A stretch of 64,000 bases of DNA from the NCBI GenBank assembly GCA_965112155.1, contig OZ218098.1, one strand, 5' to 3'. Below the pieces are notes generated by a model. That model saw only the letters and a list, made by a program, of their open reading frames with translations. It made no database searches and was not told the DNA's origin. Origin of the DNA: Podarcis liolepis. Lineage: Eukaryota. A program made the position numbers and the translations under genes. Below, piece by piece: positions 28,081 to 40,970 of the stretch; the stretch's first letter is position 1; each line of letters begins with the position of its first letter.

Positions 28081-29274
28081 ATAACACTTTCAAGATTAAG
28101 AATTCCCACGTTCAGAGCTATTCCCCTTCAAGCAACCCCCCCCCCCCGCCTTAAACAAATAATTAATCTTGAGTCAGTTATCAACATATCAACATGATAT
28201 TTATTTTGTTATTCAGCATAAAAAGTAGACATTTTTAGGTCAATGCCACTGAACACAATACTATAAAACCATAAGTATATAGAAATACTGACACTACCCT
28301 TGAAATACAGATTTTTTTAAAGCTGCAAGTGTACAGTTTTCCTTTACTCAAATCAAAACTATTGAATGTTCTTACTTTGGTAATATTATTATTATGGAAT
28401 ACTGAGAATTCATCAAGGGCAGATAATCACAGAGTGCCAACAGCAAGGTCATGAGCCACATGGATGGCAATTTGGAACACATATGAAGACTGATGGCAAA
28501 ATAGTTTTATAGCCCTAAAGGTTAGTGAGGTAAGACAAAAAATCATGAGAATCGTTCAAATTCTCATAAAAACATTAAAACTGGCAGAGATGGACATTCC
28601 AAAGCAGACTGGAGGGCACAGGGGGCTGCAGAGGGAGAGGGATTTTTATCACACAACTTTGGGTGCACCATATGAATCTAAAACAATTTCAAAACCTCTT
28701 ACACACTTACTTCAGCTCAGAGATCATGACTTGCTGAAATCAGAGTTTCCAGTCACAGCCAAACCGAGAAACTATGATTTTAATCTTGGTTTACTAATCA
28801 GCATATGATAATTTCCTATGCTAGTTAGTAGTCAGTAATCTAACCTCTTCATTTCAATGTAACAGAAAACTATGGTTTAAAATTGCCATAATCTCTAAAG
28901 TAAAGTCAGTATATGAAGGAAGATTTCTTGCCATGTTGCGCTTATGCAATTTTATTGGACTAAATTATATTGGTAAAAAATATGTTTGAAAAAATGTATA
29001 GAGGCAACATGATAAATTAGTCACTTCTCAGCAATACAAACACAAAGGTTAGTTTTACGCAAAATACTTCAGTAATTTCAGGTACCATACCTATTGATAC
29101 CCCAGTTATTTTGGAAACCAGATGCTGCGTTGAGTTACTCAACAAATGTTAGCGTATTGGAAAATAAAGTGAATGGCGGGAAAAAGCTGGCAAGTGTCTA
29201 TTTTGTACTGGGAATGGAAGTACTGAAGTAAAAAAGTACAAAATTTACTTCCTTGCATTTATGTATATAGCATA

Positions 29275-29417
29275 ACAGAGGACAAGATGGTTGAATAGTG
29301 TTCTCGAAGCTACCAGCATGAGTTTGACCAAACTGCGGGAGGCAGTGGAAGACAGAAGTGCCTGGCGTGCTCTGGTCCATGGGGTCACAGAGTCAGATAC
29401 GACTAAACAACAGCAAC
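29275..29417 (+). mobile_element. Short BovB 3' fragment with 8-bp TSD ATAGCATA
   Basis: Similar to 34965-35095; TSD at 29267-29274 and 29418-29425. Confidence 0.85.
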
Positions 29418-29483
29418 ATAGCATACTGAGTGTTAAAAGTGTTTCAAATATGCTGCAAATAATCTTTACAATAGCCTTGTGAG

Positions 29484-29621
29484 CAGTGGTTCCCCCCCTA
29501 GAAAAATAGGTGCCGGTACTAGCCATTAAGTTGTTACAATAAGTGCCACACTTTTTAGCAACAACAGAAAAGAGGTGCTGGTATTCCGTACCCTTGAGTA
29601 CCCCCTGAAAAATAAGTGCTG
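29484..29621. mobile_element. hAT-type MITE with 8-bp TSD CTTGTGAG
   Basis: CAG...CTG ends; direct repeat at 29476-29483 and 29622-29629. Confidence 0.75.
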
Positions 29622-32600
29622 CTTGTGAGATAGGACAGTATTATCCCAGTGAGGGATGAATAATTGCTAGCAGCAAGTTTATGGACAGAAACCAGAAAAG
29701 CTCACAGTCCTTGCCGCTGCAATAGCGTCAAATTTTATCCATTACAATTTCATCTTTGATTTGAAAAAGCCTAGAATCCCTTATCTGTAGTGACAAGAGT
29801 TTATTTTCTAGAGATGACAGGAAAATTGCACTTAATACAACTACAGAGTAATAAAAAAAATGGGGGGGATATTTCCAAATACTTTCTTCTCTGCATCAAT
29901 GAATATTGCTATTAGAAAAGTTTGACAAAACAATCCATTCTTTCCTGCCTAATCTGTCATCTTAAAAAACCCATTCATCCCCCCCTCCAGGAATATCAAT
30001 ATATTTTGCATGTGCATCAGCAATAAGACATAGAAAATACAGTATGGTAATAAGGACAAACTTCCTCAGGGGATTTTGCTTCCTATGCTATTTTACATGC
30101 AAGCTTATGAGCAGTACATCCTGCAAAGAATAAATTAAATTGGAGGGCCTCCATTTCTTGAAGATTCCAAAAACTGAAGCTTAAACATTTGAAGCTTAGT
30201 TCCTATTATAAAGAAAATGACATATTTGAGCACCATAGATCTTTCAGACAGCTTTTGTTTGATGTTGCCTCGTGCACTTGCTATTCTGAATGTTAAAAAG
30301 CCTAAAATGTATAGAAGCCATGTTGTCACACTAGACAGGGTTATACTGAAAATTCAGAGTAAAAACATATTCTAAGCTAACTGTGCCTCAGAGGTAGAAA
30401 GGTGGAGACTGAAGAGAAGCTGCACTAATCCTCATGTCCAAAGGGAATTTAGCCTGCAGTAAAAAGCCAGAGACTGCATTAGAGGGTACAATGAAACATC
30501 CCAAGGGCACCCAACTGAGCAAAAGAAACCAACAGATACAGCACAAAGGAAGAGAGGCAGGTGAGCATTTTGCCAAAGCCTGATGGAAAACTCAGACACA
30601 AAGCTAACAGCAACTGATCCCTCCTTTAAAATAAAATCATATTACACTGATTTTTTTATATTATAACCCACTTCATCTTCCTTTAATGTTCAGTGTTCTT
30701 GTTCTGTGTTCTTATTTAATATTCAGAGGCTTCGTCTGAGGTTGCAAGTACTATTACTCTTATGCCAGTGACCTAGATTTCTCTTTTAACCTTTCCATTC
30801 TAAATCATTTCTGTTTTTTACTCTGCCTTAGTAAGAAGGCAAGCGTGGACACTGTTAAGCAGCAGTGGACAGAAGGCAGAACAGAATTTACTGGTAGATC
30901 TTTGGCAAGAATTTCTGACTTCTAATTGTTTAACAACAGCAACAACAAATTGACTCTAAATTATACTGCTGAAATAAAGAAAGCATTGGATGACTAGGAT
31001 TCTTCTGTGTCAGGATTGAGAATTCTGTTCAGTTCTAGTACTCAAGAGAAATCCTGGGATCAGATTTTTTTAAATGTATTTCTTTTACACCAGACTCCAG
31101 TAGGTGGGTCTCTGGGTTCTAATAAAAACACAATAGCTTCCTCAAGCCCAAATTCTGTCCCCACTTGCAATCAATTAATATTTCACAATTACTTCAGGTA
31201 ATCCTTTACTTTATTTTACAACAGGACACGCATTTTTAAACAGTACATAATTTTAACAAAATCAAGGATGGAACAATTTTATTTTCATGATCACAAAAAT
31301 ATAGGTAAACATCTGGAACATTATATAAAAATGTTAATTCAGTCTTGGACTTTTTAAAAATAAAAACAATAGATTTTGGCTCCTAAGCATTTCTGAATGA
31401 GCTGTGTTATTACCACACAATTCTCAGCTTCCTAAAATATAAAGTCATCTCAGAACAGTTTCCTGTTAAGCAATATGCTTGCTATAACTCAGTTGTGCTG
31501 CCTCATAGCACATTATAGCTCTGCCTAATGGATCTGTTTTAACTTTACTGTTGATGAATGCTGAATTTATTATTCCAGATGCATTTAAGTCCTATGACTA
31601 ATGTCTTCCACCATGATGCAACCTAGTTTTCAAAATTCTTAGAAAAAGAACTTCTGTGAGATATTTAAAATCAAAAGTAAAATCAAAATATGTTCATATC
31701 ATTTTAAAATAAATGGTTCTTTGGGAAAGCTGAGAATACAATTCTGACATGTACGCAATAAGTAGATGGTTCAACTGTTTTCTATACAACTTAGCTCAGA
31801 AATGCATACTTATTCTATACACAGCACAATCCTATTCATGTCCACTCATAAGTATGAATCACTTAGTTCAAAAGGGCTTACTACCAGTTAGTATTGTAGG
31901 ATTGTATCACTAATTTGTTTATATTTCATTCTACTGTCATATTGTTATGCTTGAATTGCAAGCTCTACAATATATTTTCTCCCATCAAGATACAAAAATG
32001 AAAACTACTTCCTAGATTTTTAAAAGTTTCCCAAGATCCTATACAAGTCATTTGGCAGATTTCCTGTTATTAATGAATAAGGGTTGGTCCTGTTTGTTCA
32101 AAGGGCCTCTTAAGCTTCAGTAGTTTACATGTAATTTTAGGTAGGGAAAATGAGGGCTAATTAGGCTAATTCAGTGGGGCTTACTTCTGAGTAGTAATGG
32201 TTAGGACTGTGGGTTTACTAATTGCAACCTGGTTTCAGTCATCCTGCTTCCATGCGTAAGTATTGCTTCAAAACAGTTTCAGAGTCCAAAATCTTGTAAT
32301 CAATTGAAAAGAAAGCCAGGAGACAGCAAGCTGATGAGCCTGCCTTAACAGACTCAAAAGCATGCCCCACCCCCTCTCCTTTCCTTATTTCAATCAAAAA
32401 CAAAAACCCAGAAGGATTGAGCCACCCTGCATCTAAAAATGCAACTGAGGTAACACATTTCCTCATCCCTAGATGCTACTGTCTAGCCCCCCGAAACTGT
32501 GAGACGAATGTGAAAAGGAAAGAGGGAGGGAGAAAGGTAGGAAAGGGGGTTGTCGCCTCTGTAAAGGAAGCACATCCCCTACATGCAGGCAGATCCCTTC

Positions 32601-33144
32601 CTCTCCTGCATCCTTTCCCCAGCTGCAGGTGGGGGAGAAAGGGAAGAGAGAGCGAGAGATTGAGAGATTCGTGTTGGCTACTTGGCTCTTTGCAAATGAT
32701 CCACGCCTGAACATCCGCGGAATCCCAATGGGGGACCAAGGGACCAACCCGGGACTAATAGGAGCCTGGCTCTGCCTTTTGTTCTGGATGAGTAATCGAT
32801 AGAAAAATGGGGTGGGGGGGCCGCAAGAGAGAAAGAGCCTCCAAGGAAGGAAGACACACATACGCACACTTCCTTCACACCCAGTGCTTAATAAATAAAC
32901 AAATCTGGCTGCTACCAACCTCCTATTACTCCTTCCTCCGCCGGTGCATGTCCCTTTCCACCATCTTCTAGATCTGTACTGTATACAGTTTCAATTCTAT
33001 CAATGCTCCAATTTGTTGTTGATGATGATTGGCGAGAGGGGCATGGTTTTTTGCTGTCCTTATATTTACCTGTAAGCCGCCTTGAGCCCCATCAGGGGAA
33101 AATGAATATATAATAATGACAATAATAACCATATTTTGGAAGTA

Positions 33145-33386
33145 CAGTGGTACCTCGGGTTAAGTACTTAATTCGTTCTGGAGGTCTGTTCTTAACCTGA
33201 AACTGTTCTTAACCTGAAGCACCACTTTAGCTAATGGGGCCTCCTGCTGCTGCGGTGCCACCGGAGCACAATTTCTGTTCTCATCCTGAAGCAAAGTTCT
33301 TAACCCGAGGTACTATTTCTGGGTTAGCGGAGTCTGTAACCTGAAGCGTATGTAACCTGAAGCATCTGTAACCCGAGGTACCACTG
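33145..33386. mobile_element. Tc1/mariner (Tigger-like) MITE with TA TSD
   Basis: Inverted repeats CAGTGGTACCTCGGGTTA / TAACCCGAGGTACCACTG; inverted sister copy at 46488-46716. Confidence 0.9.
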
Positions 33387-33499
33387 TACACCATTCAGCC
33401 CACCCACCCGGCGTTACACCCCCTCCTGTAAGCCGCCCATAGTGAGGCTGGGGAAACCCAGCCACGATGAGGTATAAATAATAAAATTATTATTATTAT

Positions 33500-34330
33500 T
33501 GTCATCCTCATTAGCTGCCACAACCCACCCACGCAGGATCGGGCCCTCCCTCCGGAGAGGCTGCCAGATCATCTGCCTTAGGTGCTCGGGATCAGCATCA
33601 CCTCACGCCTCCCCCGCCCCCCCCTTAGATCTAGCATCGCTCCCCACTATACACGGGACACGCATACACACACACCTTCCCATAAGTGGCGCCCTTTCCC
33701 GGCATCTCTGAGGGGCGGCGGGAGGGGGCGTAGGGAGGGGCGGCAGGCCGCTGGCTCCGGGGAGGGGGGGCTCGGAGGAGGCAGGCGGAGAGGGAACCAG
33801 GATGCCAGAAAAACGGCCACTCACCCCAGCTATGACCTCTCCGCCCAGGCCGGAGTAGCCGGCTGTCAGTCCCGGGGAGGAGGAGGAGGCTGGTCTCCGC
33901 ACAGCCGCCGACGCCACCGCGGCTGTTGCAGTTACAGCCGCCGCTGAAAGAGAGAGAGAGACAGAGGTAAGTCCTTCCCGGCTTCCCAAGGCTGACTGAG
34001 CGGCCTCAGCTCCGCCCCTCTCCTCACCGAAAATGGCGGCCCTCCCTCCCGGCCCACAATCCTCCGCGCGGCGGCAGCAATGATATCAGTGCTGTCAGAG
34101 GGAAGGAGAGAGGCGCGCGCGCGAGGGCGGCCTTTCGCAGCTAGGCGCATGCGCCAAGCTGTGTTGGAGTGGAGAGGGGGCTGGCTTGCCCCTCCGGCCG
34201 CGCGCTGTTCGACCCGTTGTTTTGGCAGGACGGCGCGGCTCTCCGCCTTCGCCTCATGGGCGCCATGGAACGTTCTAGCGCCCAGCTTTATTGACGGTTG
34301 GGTTAGGTGGACTGTGGAGCCCGCCTGATT
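33500..34330 (-). promoter_or_regulatory. KLC1: KLC1 CpG-island promoter with YY1 (AAAATGGCGGC 34030-34040), NRF1 (GCGCATGCGC 34145-34154) and GC-box motifs
   Basis: CpG-dense island in AT-rich background; motifs read directly. Confidence 0.75.
33825..33943 (-). other. KLC1: KLC1 non-coding first (5' UTR) exon; 5' edge approximate
   Basis: GC-rich exon in a CpG island ending in minus-strand donor GGG|GTGAGT (intron starts 33824), upstream of the ATG-bearing exon. Confidence 0.7.
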
Positions 34331-34425
34331 AGGCAGCTGGAAAGAGTAAAAAGTGAGGGAAATACAGTTTAATGAAAAAAGCAGACACACACATATTCAA
34401 TATTTTTTTAAAAAAAATTGGGAAT

Positions 34426-35098
34426 GGTCTGAAGCTCACATCAAAAAAACTAAGATCATGGCCATTGGTCCCATCACCTCCTGGCAAATAGAAGGAGAAG
34501 AAATGGAGGCAGTGAGAGATTTTACTTTCTTGGGACCCATGATCACTGCAGATGGTGACAGCAGTCACAAAATTAAAAGACGCCTGCTTCTTGGGAGAAA
34601 AGTGATGACAAACCTAAACAGCATCTTAAAAAGCAGAGACATCACCTTGCCGACAAAGGTCCATATAGTTAAAGTGATGGTTTTCCCAGTAGTGATGTAT
34701 GGAAGTGAGACTGGACCATAAAGAAGGCTGATCACTGAAGAATTGATTCTTTGGAATTATGGTGCTGGAGGAGACTCTGGAGAGTCCCATGGACTGCAAG
34801 AAGATCAAACCTCTCCATTCTGAAGGAAATCAGCCCCGAGTGCCCACTGGAAGGACAGATCGTGAAGCTGAGGCTCCAATACTTTGGCCACCTCATGAGA
34901 AGAGAAGACTCCCTGGAAAAGACCCTGATGTTGCGAAAGATTGAGGGCAAAAGGAGAAGGGGACGACAGAGGACGAGATGGTTGGGTAGTGTTCTCGAAG
35001 CTACGAACATGAGTTTGACCAAACTGCGGGAGGCAGTGGAAGACAGGAGTGCCTGGCGAAGAGTCGGACATGACTAAATGACTAAACAACAACAACAA
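34426..35098 (+). mobile_element. 5'-truncated BovB (RTE) LINE with (CAA)n tail
   Basis: IKKTKIMAIGPITSWQIEGEEMEAV..KSRDITLPTKV..VVMYGSE and ELWCWRRL.RVPWTARRSN..LKEISPE..YFGHLMRR motifs; frameshifted. Confidence 0.93.
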
Positions 35099-35552
35099 AG
35101 ATTGTTATAGAAAATTAGACATCACTGTCAAACAAAACAGACATTAAGCCAATGTATAGGGCCAGCCCAAGCATGAGGCAAGGCAAGGCAACTGCATTGG
35201 GCGGCAAGATTCACAGGGGCATCAGATCCCAATGTAGAACTTTATTCTGCCATTTTCCTGATATAGATCTTCATTCACCCCTTTTTCCCTGTTGCAGAGG
35301 GAGGCACCGTTTTGTGGTTCGCCTGAGGTGCCAGAATGTCTTGGGCCAGCCATGTGAATGTATTAAATAACACGTTTTAAGGGTTATACAAAATTCAACA
35401 AAATACAGTGCCTGTCAAACAGATCTGGTGATACAATACGCAGTCCATATACAATTATAAATCACTGTCAGACAAAAACGGGTATAAAATAAAACCAAAA
35501 TAAATAAGGCAATAACTGGAACTATTTATAGCATAGACATAACATAAGGGTT

Positions 35553-35922
35553 GTGGGATGCAGGTGGCGCTGTGGGTTAAACCTCAGTGCCTAGGATTTG
35601 CCGATCGTATGGTCGGCGGCTCGAATCCCCGCGGCGGGGTGAGCTCCCGTTGTTCGGTCCCAGCTCCTGCCCACCTAGCAGTTCGAAAGCACCCCTAAGT
35701 GCAAGTAGATAAATAGGTACCGCTTTATAGCGGGAAGGTAACGGCGTTTCCGTGCGCTGTGCTGGTGCCGGCTCGCCAGAGCAGCTTCGCCACACTGGCC
35801 ACGTGACCCGGAAGTGTCTCCGGACAGCGCTGGCTCCGGCCTCTTAAGCGAGATGAGCACGCAACCCCAGAGTCGGTCACGACTGGCCCGTACGGGCAGG
35901 GGTACCTTTACCTTTACCTTTT
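35553..35922 (+). mobile_element. Full-length Sauria-type SINE with 13-bp TSD TAACATAAGGGTT
   Basis: tRNA-like head GGTGGCGCTGTGGGTTAAACC...TCGAATCC; (ACCTTT)n tail; TSD at 35540-35552 and 35923-35935. Confidence 0.9.
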
Positions 35923-36982
35923 TAACATAAGGGTTAAACAGGATGGGGTTACAAAACATGGACCTTATTATACCAAAGGAAAGTAATTAAAATTATTCAT
36001 ATGCACTAAGTCACTGTCAGCCATATTCATTTGTAGGCAAATCAGACCAAAGAGGTATGAAATTGTCACTTTATCTTTGTCCCCTAATGACTCTCAGCTT
36101 ATTAGTTCATTTTTCCAGCAGGGCAATATCCCACACTTTAGTGTACCACTTAGTAAGACTGGCCCCCATCAAAACAAACATTCAAATCAGTCAGCCAATA
36201 ACTCTTTAAATAAAATCAGTCAACACTGGAAGGAGGGAACCAAAATAGACCCAGGAGAGCAGGTTCAAACTCAAATATTATTTCAAATATTTTTATGGTT
36301 TCTTTCCTGACAAAAAAGAGGTAGGGGGGCTTACATAAGAATAATGTAAACCATCAAAAGTACCAGTTCAAAATTTAAAACATTAAAAATGATTTTAAAA
36401 GACCAGTTATTGCTTGGCTAGGAGGAAGCTCTCTTGAATTCAAAGGAACTTGTGAGTGGATTGCCCTAGAATTTTTCTGCATTCAAAGCCAGGAGGGAAG
36501 CTCTGCAATGCACTTAGAATTTTAATTTAGAAACAAATATACCTCCAGTCTAAGAAGTTTGGGGCACACTTCCCAATGTTGCAGATGACCTGTTTAACTG
36601 AGCATTCGTCCCGATCTGTTTGCAGGGAGATTAGACAAAGCTGGCTATTCAGTGAGCATTCTGATTTGTTTGCAGGGAGGTTAGATGGTGTCCTTTCAAA
36701 TCCAGAACAGAACCATGTTCTGGACCAGCTCCATTTATAAGCCAACTTCCATCTTTGATTGTTCCTATCTACCCTACAATATATGGGAAAGTGGGCTTGC
36801 CCATGCCCTGCTATTAAATTATTGCTGGGATGACATTATGTATAATTTAATGTTGATTCATTGTATGTGTTCATTATGTATTATGAACTATATGTATTAT
36901 TTATTACTATGCATTGCTTATCATTATGCATTGTATTTTTTACAGTATGTTTAATTTTTTTGTATTGCATGGATATTAAGTT

Positions 36983-37980
36983 ATTCATCAGGGGGTTTGG
37001 GCTGGGTGTTCATCAGTATGCGGATGATGCCCAGCTCTACCTCTCTTTCAAATCAGTACCAGTGAGGGTGGTGAAGGTCCTGCGTGAGTGTCTGGAGGCG
37101 GTTGGAGGATGGATGGCGGCTAACAGATTGAGATTGAATCCTGACAAAACAGAAGTACTGTTTCTGGGGGACAGGAGGCGGGCAGGTGTGGAGGATTCCC
37201 TGGTCTTGAATGGGGTAACTGTGCCCCTGAAGGACCAGGTGCGCAGCCTGGGCTCATTTTGGACTCAGCTGTCCATGGAGGCACAGGTCAAATCCGTGTC
37301 CAGGGCAGCTGTTTACCAGCTCCATCAGGTACGTAGGCTGAGACCCTATCTGCCTGTGGACTGCCTCGCCAGAGTGGTGCATGCTCTGGTTATCTCCCGC
37401 TTGGACTACTGCAATGCGCTCTACATGGGGCTACCTTTGGAGGTGACCCGGAAACTACAACTAATCCAGAATGCGGCAGCCAGACTGGTGACTGGGAGCG
37501 GCAGCCGAGACCATATAAAACCAATCTTGAAAGACCTACATTGGCTCCCAATACGTTTTCAAGCACAATTCAAAGTGTTGATGCTGACCTTTAAAGCCGT
37601 AAATGGCCTAAGTCCAGTATATCTAAAGGAGCGTCTCCACCCCCATCGTTCTGCCTGGACACTGAGGTCCAGCACTGAGGGCCTTCTAGTGGTTCCCTCA
37701 CTGCGAGAAGCCAAGTTACAGGGAACCAAGCAGAGGGCCTTCTCGATAGTGGCGCCCTCCCTGTGGAACGCCCTCCCACCAGATGTCAAAGAAAACAACA
37801 ACTATCAGACTTTTAGCAGACATCTGAAGGCAGCCCTGTTTAGGGAAGCTTTTAATGTTTGATGTATTACAGTATTTTAATATTTTTTTGGAAGCCGCCC
37901 AAAGTGACTGGGGAAGCCCAGCCAGATGGGCGGGGTATGTATGTATGTATGTATGTATGTATGTATAAATAAATAAATAA
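36983..37980 (+). mobile_element. 5'-truncated L2-clade LINE (RT C-terminal half, 3' UTR and (TATG)n/(TAAA)n tail)
   Basis: ORF 36861-37862 contains HQYADDAQLYLSF, LRLNPDKTEVL, SRLDYCNALY, LQLIQNAAARLV, LHWLPI; near-intact frame suggests a young copy. Confidence 0.92.
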
Positions 37981-38785
37981 TTCATTGACATATATGGTTT
38001 ATTGTGTTCTTTGCTGTAAACCTGTGGTCTTTTAGCAAAGAGCAGTATATACTGGTAATAAATAAATGAAAGTCATGTGTTGTCCTATACTTTCCAATGC
38101 ATTTTCTCATCACTTTCCTTATTGGAGGTGAGGTTTGTTGTACATTACTGCTATTTGTTTCTCCAAGTGGAGTGTGGGCATGCACAGGATTTATGGTATG
38201 TTGGGGGGTCCAGAACCTAACTATTTTTATTGTTTTACTTGATCTGGGGGGACAGCTGCCCCCCACCGGCTATGCCCATGAGCTAGGTCACAGTAGCTGA
38301 GGCAGGTGTACCGAAACACAGCATATACAGTATATTTGTTTACTGTCTCCACACCTTTCTTGCAGAATTATGTATAGAGGAACTCCTATCAATCGTACCT
38401 TTCAAGGACTGACAGCACCTCCCTAGCCTTGTAGATATAGGAGCAGGTCGAGAAATACTTGTTGCACTAGCAACGCGTGGTTTCCAGTTGTAGATTTAAA
38501 TATCGTCAGACTACACCCTCTTCTAGAGTGACCTGATGATGGCTGAAAATAGGTCTTGATATAGGCAAAACGCCAGGACTTGCAAGGTAATAAATACTAT
38601 TTCTTAGGCTGTTTACTCCTGTTTACTTTGCATCCAATGCGCTCCTGCCACTGGTTTCTGAAGCCATGTACGCATAATGTTACCCACAACCCTCGTCTAA
38701 CACAACTGATGTGCCGAGTAACATGCAAATGTGATTTGAAACATGGAGGTGGAAACCAGCCTCACTGCATTTTAAGCAGGTAATG

Positions 38786-39115
38786 TGTTATGTACTGAGT
38801 TGAATAGGATCCAAACTGCAGCAGTCTGATTGGTCCTAGAACAATAGGATCCAAAATACAGCAGTCTGATTGGTCCTAGAACAATGCAGCAGTATGATTG
38901 GTTGGCAGGAACCACCCAATCCTGCTCCAGATAGAAGTGAATCCACAACCTGATTGGCTTACAGTAGAATTCCGGAATTAGCCAATCATGTGCAGCCCAT
39001 TGTGTAAATAATGTATATAAAGCAGATACTGTGAGGGGACTTTCATTCATTCCTCCTCACCACTATGAGCTGAATAAAGAGCATGAAATCACTTTGCGAC
39101 TCTGAGTATATTTCA
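38786..39115 (+). mobile_element. Solo LTR, 330 bp, 5-bp TSD TAATG
   Basis: TG...CA ends; tandem CTGATTGG (CCAAT) repeats; TATATAAA; AATAAA; TSD at 38781-38785 and 39116-39120. Confidence 0.88.
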
Positions 39116-39288
39116 TAATGTGTACAAACCAGCTGCAAACTCTTTTCCAGGAGCCCTGTCCTGTTTCCTGCACAACACATCCAGACAGAGGCTCTTACTT
39201 GTCAGTAAGAAAGAGATCTTTATTCAGGCAAGTACAGGCTCAGCAGCACACACAGCGCTCAGGAGTCATGATTCAGGAGTTCAAGAGG

Positions 39289-39672
39289 CAGCGGTGTAGC
39301 GTGGGTTGTCAGCACCCGGGGCAAGGCAAGTAATTTGCGCCCCCTAACCCCTAACCTGCCGCTGCTGCCAGCTTCTTCTTGCTGCTGCCTGGTCTGGTCT
39401 GGTGTGGTTCTCTCCCGCGCTCAGCGCTGCGCTGGGCGGCCGCTGCACTGTCCCTCCCCCAGATAGTCCCTCGCTCTCTCTCCGCACCGCACGCCTGGCA
39501 CCCCCCCTCCACAGTGGGCGGCGACCCGGCGGCTCGGATTGGATTCGCACAGCCAGCACTGCAGTGAGAGAGAGTGAGTGAGCCAGGTAGGGGCAGAGAG
39601 CTGCGAGTGCGAGCGCACCCCCCCCAGATGTTGCGCCCGGTGCGGCCGGCCCCCCCCCACGCTACACCACTG
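39289..39672. mobile_element. GC-rich non-autonomous hAT element with 8-bp TSD TCAAGAGG
   Basis: Inverted repeats CAGCGGTGTAGCGTGGG / CCCACGCTACACCACTG; TSD at 39281-39288 and 39673-39680. Confidence 0.88.
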
Positions 39673-40209
39673 TCAAGAGGGCAAGAAGTTCGGAACTTGA
39701 CAGAAACAACAAAGATGTCTCAACAAGTTTCCCTGCCCCTCCTCTAGCTTTTAAAGACAAGGTGTGCTACACTCACTTGTGAGACTCTATGGGAAGTTCA
39801 AGATTGCAATCACTCCCTCTGTCAGGATGGGTGGGTCTGCTTCCATCTCCGAAGGTGGCACTTAGTTCTAGGGAAGAAGGTTGCATCCATCCTGTTCAGG
39901 CCCCAGTTCAGTCACTGCTATCTCCAGCCTATCCCCTTGGCTGACCAAAACCTTCCCTAGCCTTCACTGAGGTTCTCTGCTTTGCAGGAAGGTTGCAGGG
40001 GAGAGCTGGGACCCCTGTTCCCCCTCTGAAAGCAACTGAAGACCTCACCGCTCCTTCAATCCAGCTTCCCATCAACCATTCCCCTCTTTTGTTTCTTCCT
40101 CCTGCATCAGAGCCCATAAACCCAAGCCCATTCATCCAGGTCTTGCTAAACCATGGTTTGGCGTAGCATTCAGTGCAAAGTAGGCTGATACATTAGCTGT
40201 TATATTAGC

Positions 40210-40474
40210 TGCCAATCTAGCAGTTCGAAAGCAGGCCAGTGTAAGTAAATACATCGGTACCGCTGTGGTGGGAAGGTAAACAGGATTGCTGTGTGCTCTG
40301 GTTTGTGTCACAGTGTTCCGTTGTGCCAGAAGCGGTTTAGTCATGCTGGCCACATGACCCAGAAAGCTGTCTGTGGAAAAACACTGGCTCCCTCGGCCTG
40401 AAAGCGAGATGAGCGCCGCAACCCCATAGTCACCATCTACTGGACTTAACCCTCCAGGGGTCCTTTACCTTTAC
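40210..40474 (+). mobile_element. 5'-truncated Sauria-type SINE
   Basis: CTAGCAGTTCGAAAGCA...GGTCCTTTACCTTTAC tail. Confidence 0.85.
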
Positions 40475-40970
40475 ATTATATTGTTTTGGGAGAGCCTGCT
40501 ATTTTTTTATATACTTTAACCCATCCATTTGGACTATAACACAATATATTTACTCAGCAGTGAATGTCTTATTGTTATTTTTTGACTGGACCCTACACCA
40601 GCAACCTTTAGCATTCTTTCCAACCGTATTGTGTGCATTTTTTTTTTGCCAACCTTGAGTGTTGTTGAAGCTGAGCAGAGATATGCACTCACATGTTTGG
40701 AAGTTTGACATCCAGTTAAGACTTCCTCTTTGCCTTTTATTTACATTTAAAAATCTGTCCTTGGCTCCACACAAAGCTTCACAGTAGCATTGAGGTCACA
40801 ACCCTGGGAACAGGAAAACAATATTTAGCCCGCAAGAGAATTCCTGTCTGATAAAAATTATAAGGGAAGAGCTTATTTTCATAAAAGTAGAGGGTACTTT
40901 TCAAAAATTGAAAATTGGGGCTATACTGATGTGGAATAATTTGCACACTGAATTTATTTATTTGGAATTA

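Noticed and set aside
32417-34390. Many overlapping Gly/Arg/Pro-rich ORFs (also 55537-58328)
   Set aside because: Expected from stop-codon scarcity in CpG islands; only the COA8 exon 1 frame is supported
36861-37862. 333-aa ORF as a host gene
   Set aside because: Truncated L2 reverse transcriptase fused by chance to AT-rich flank
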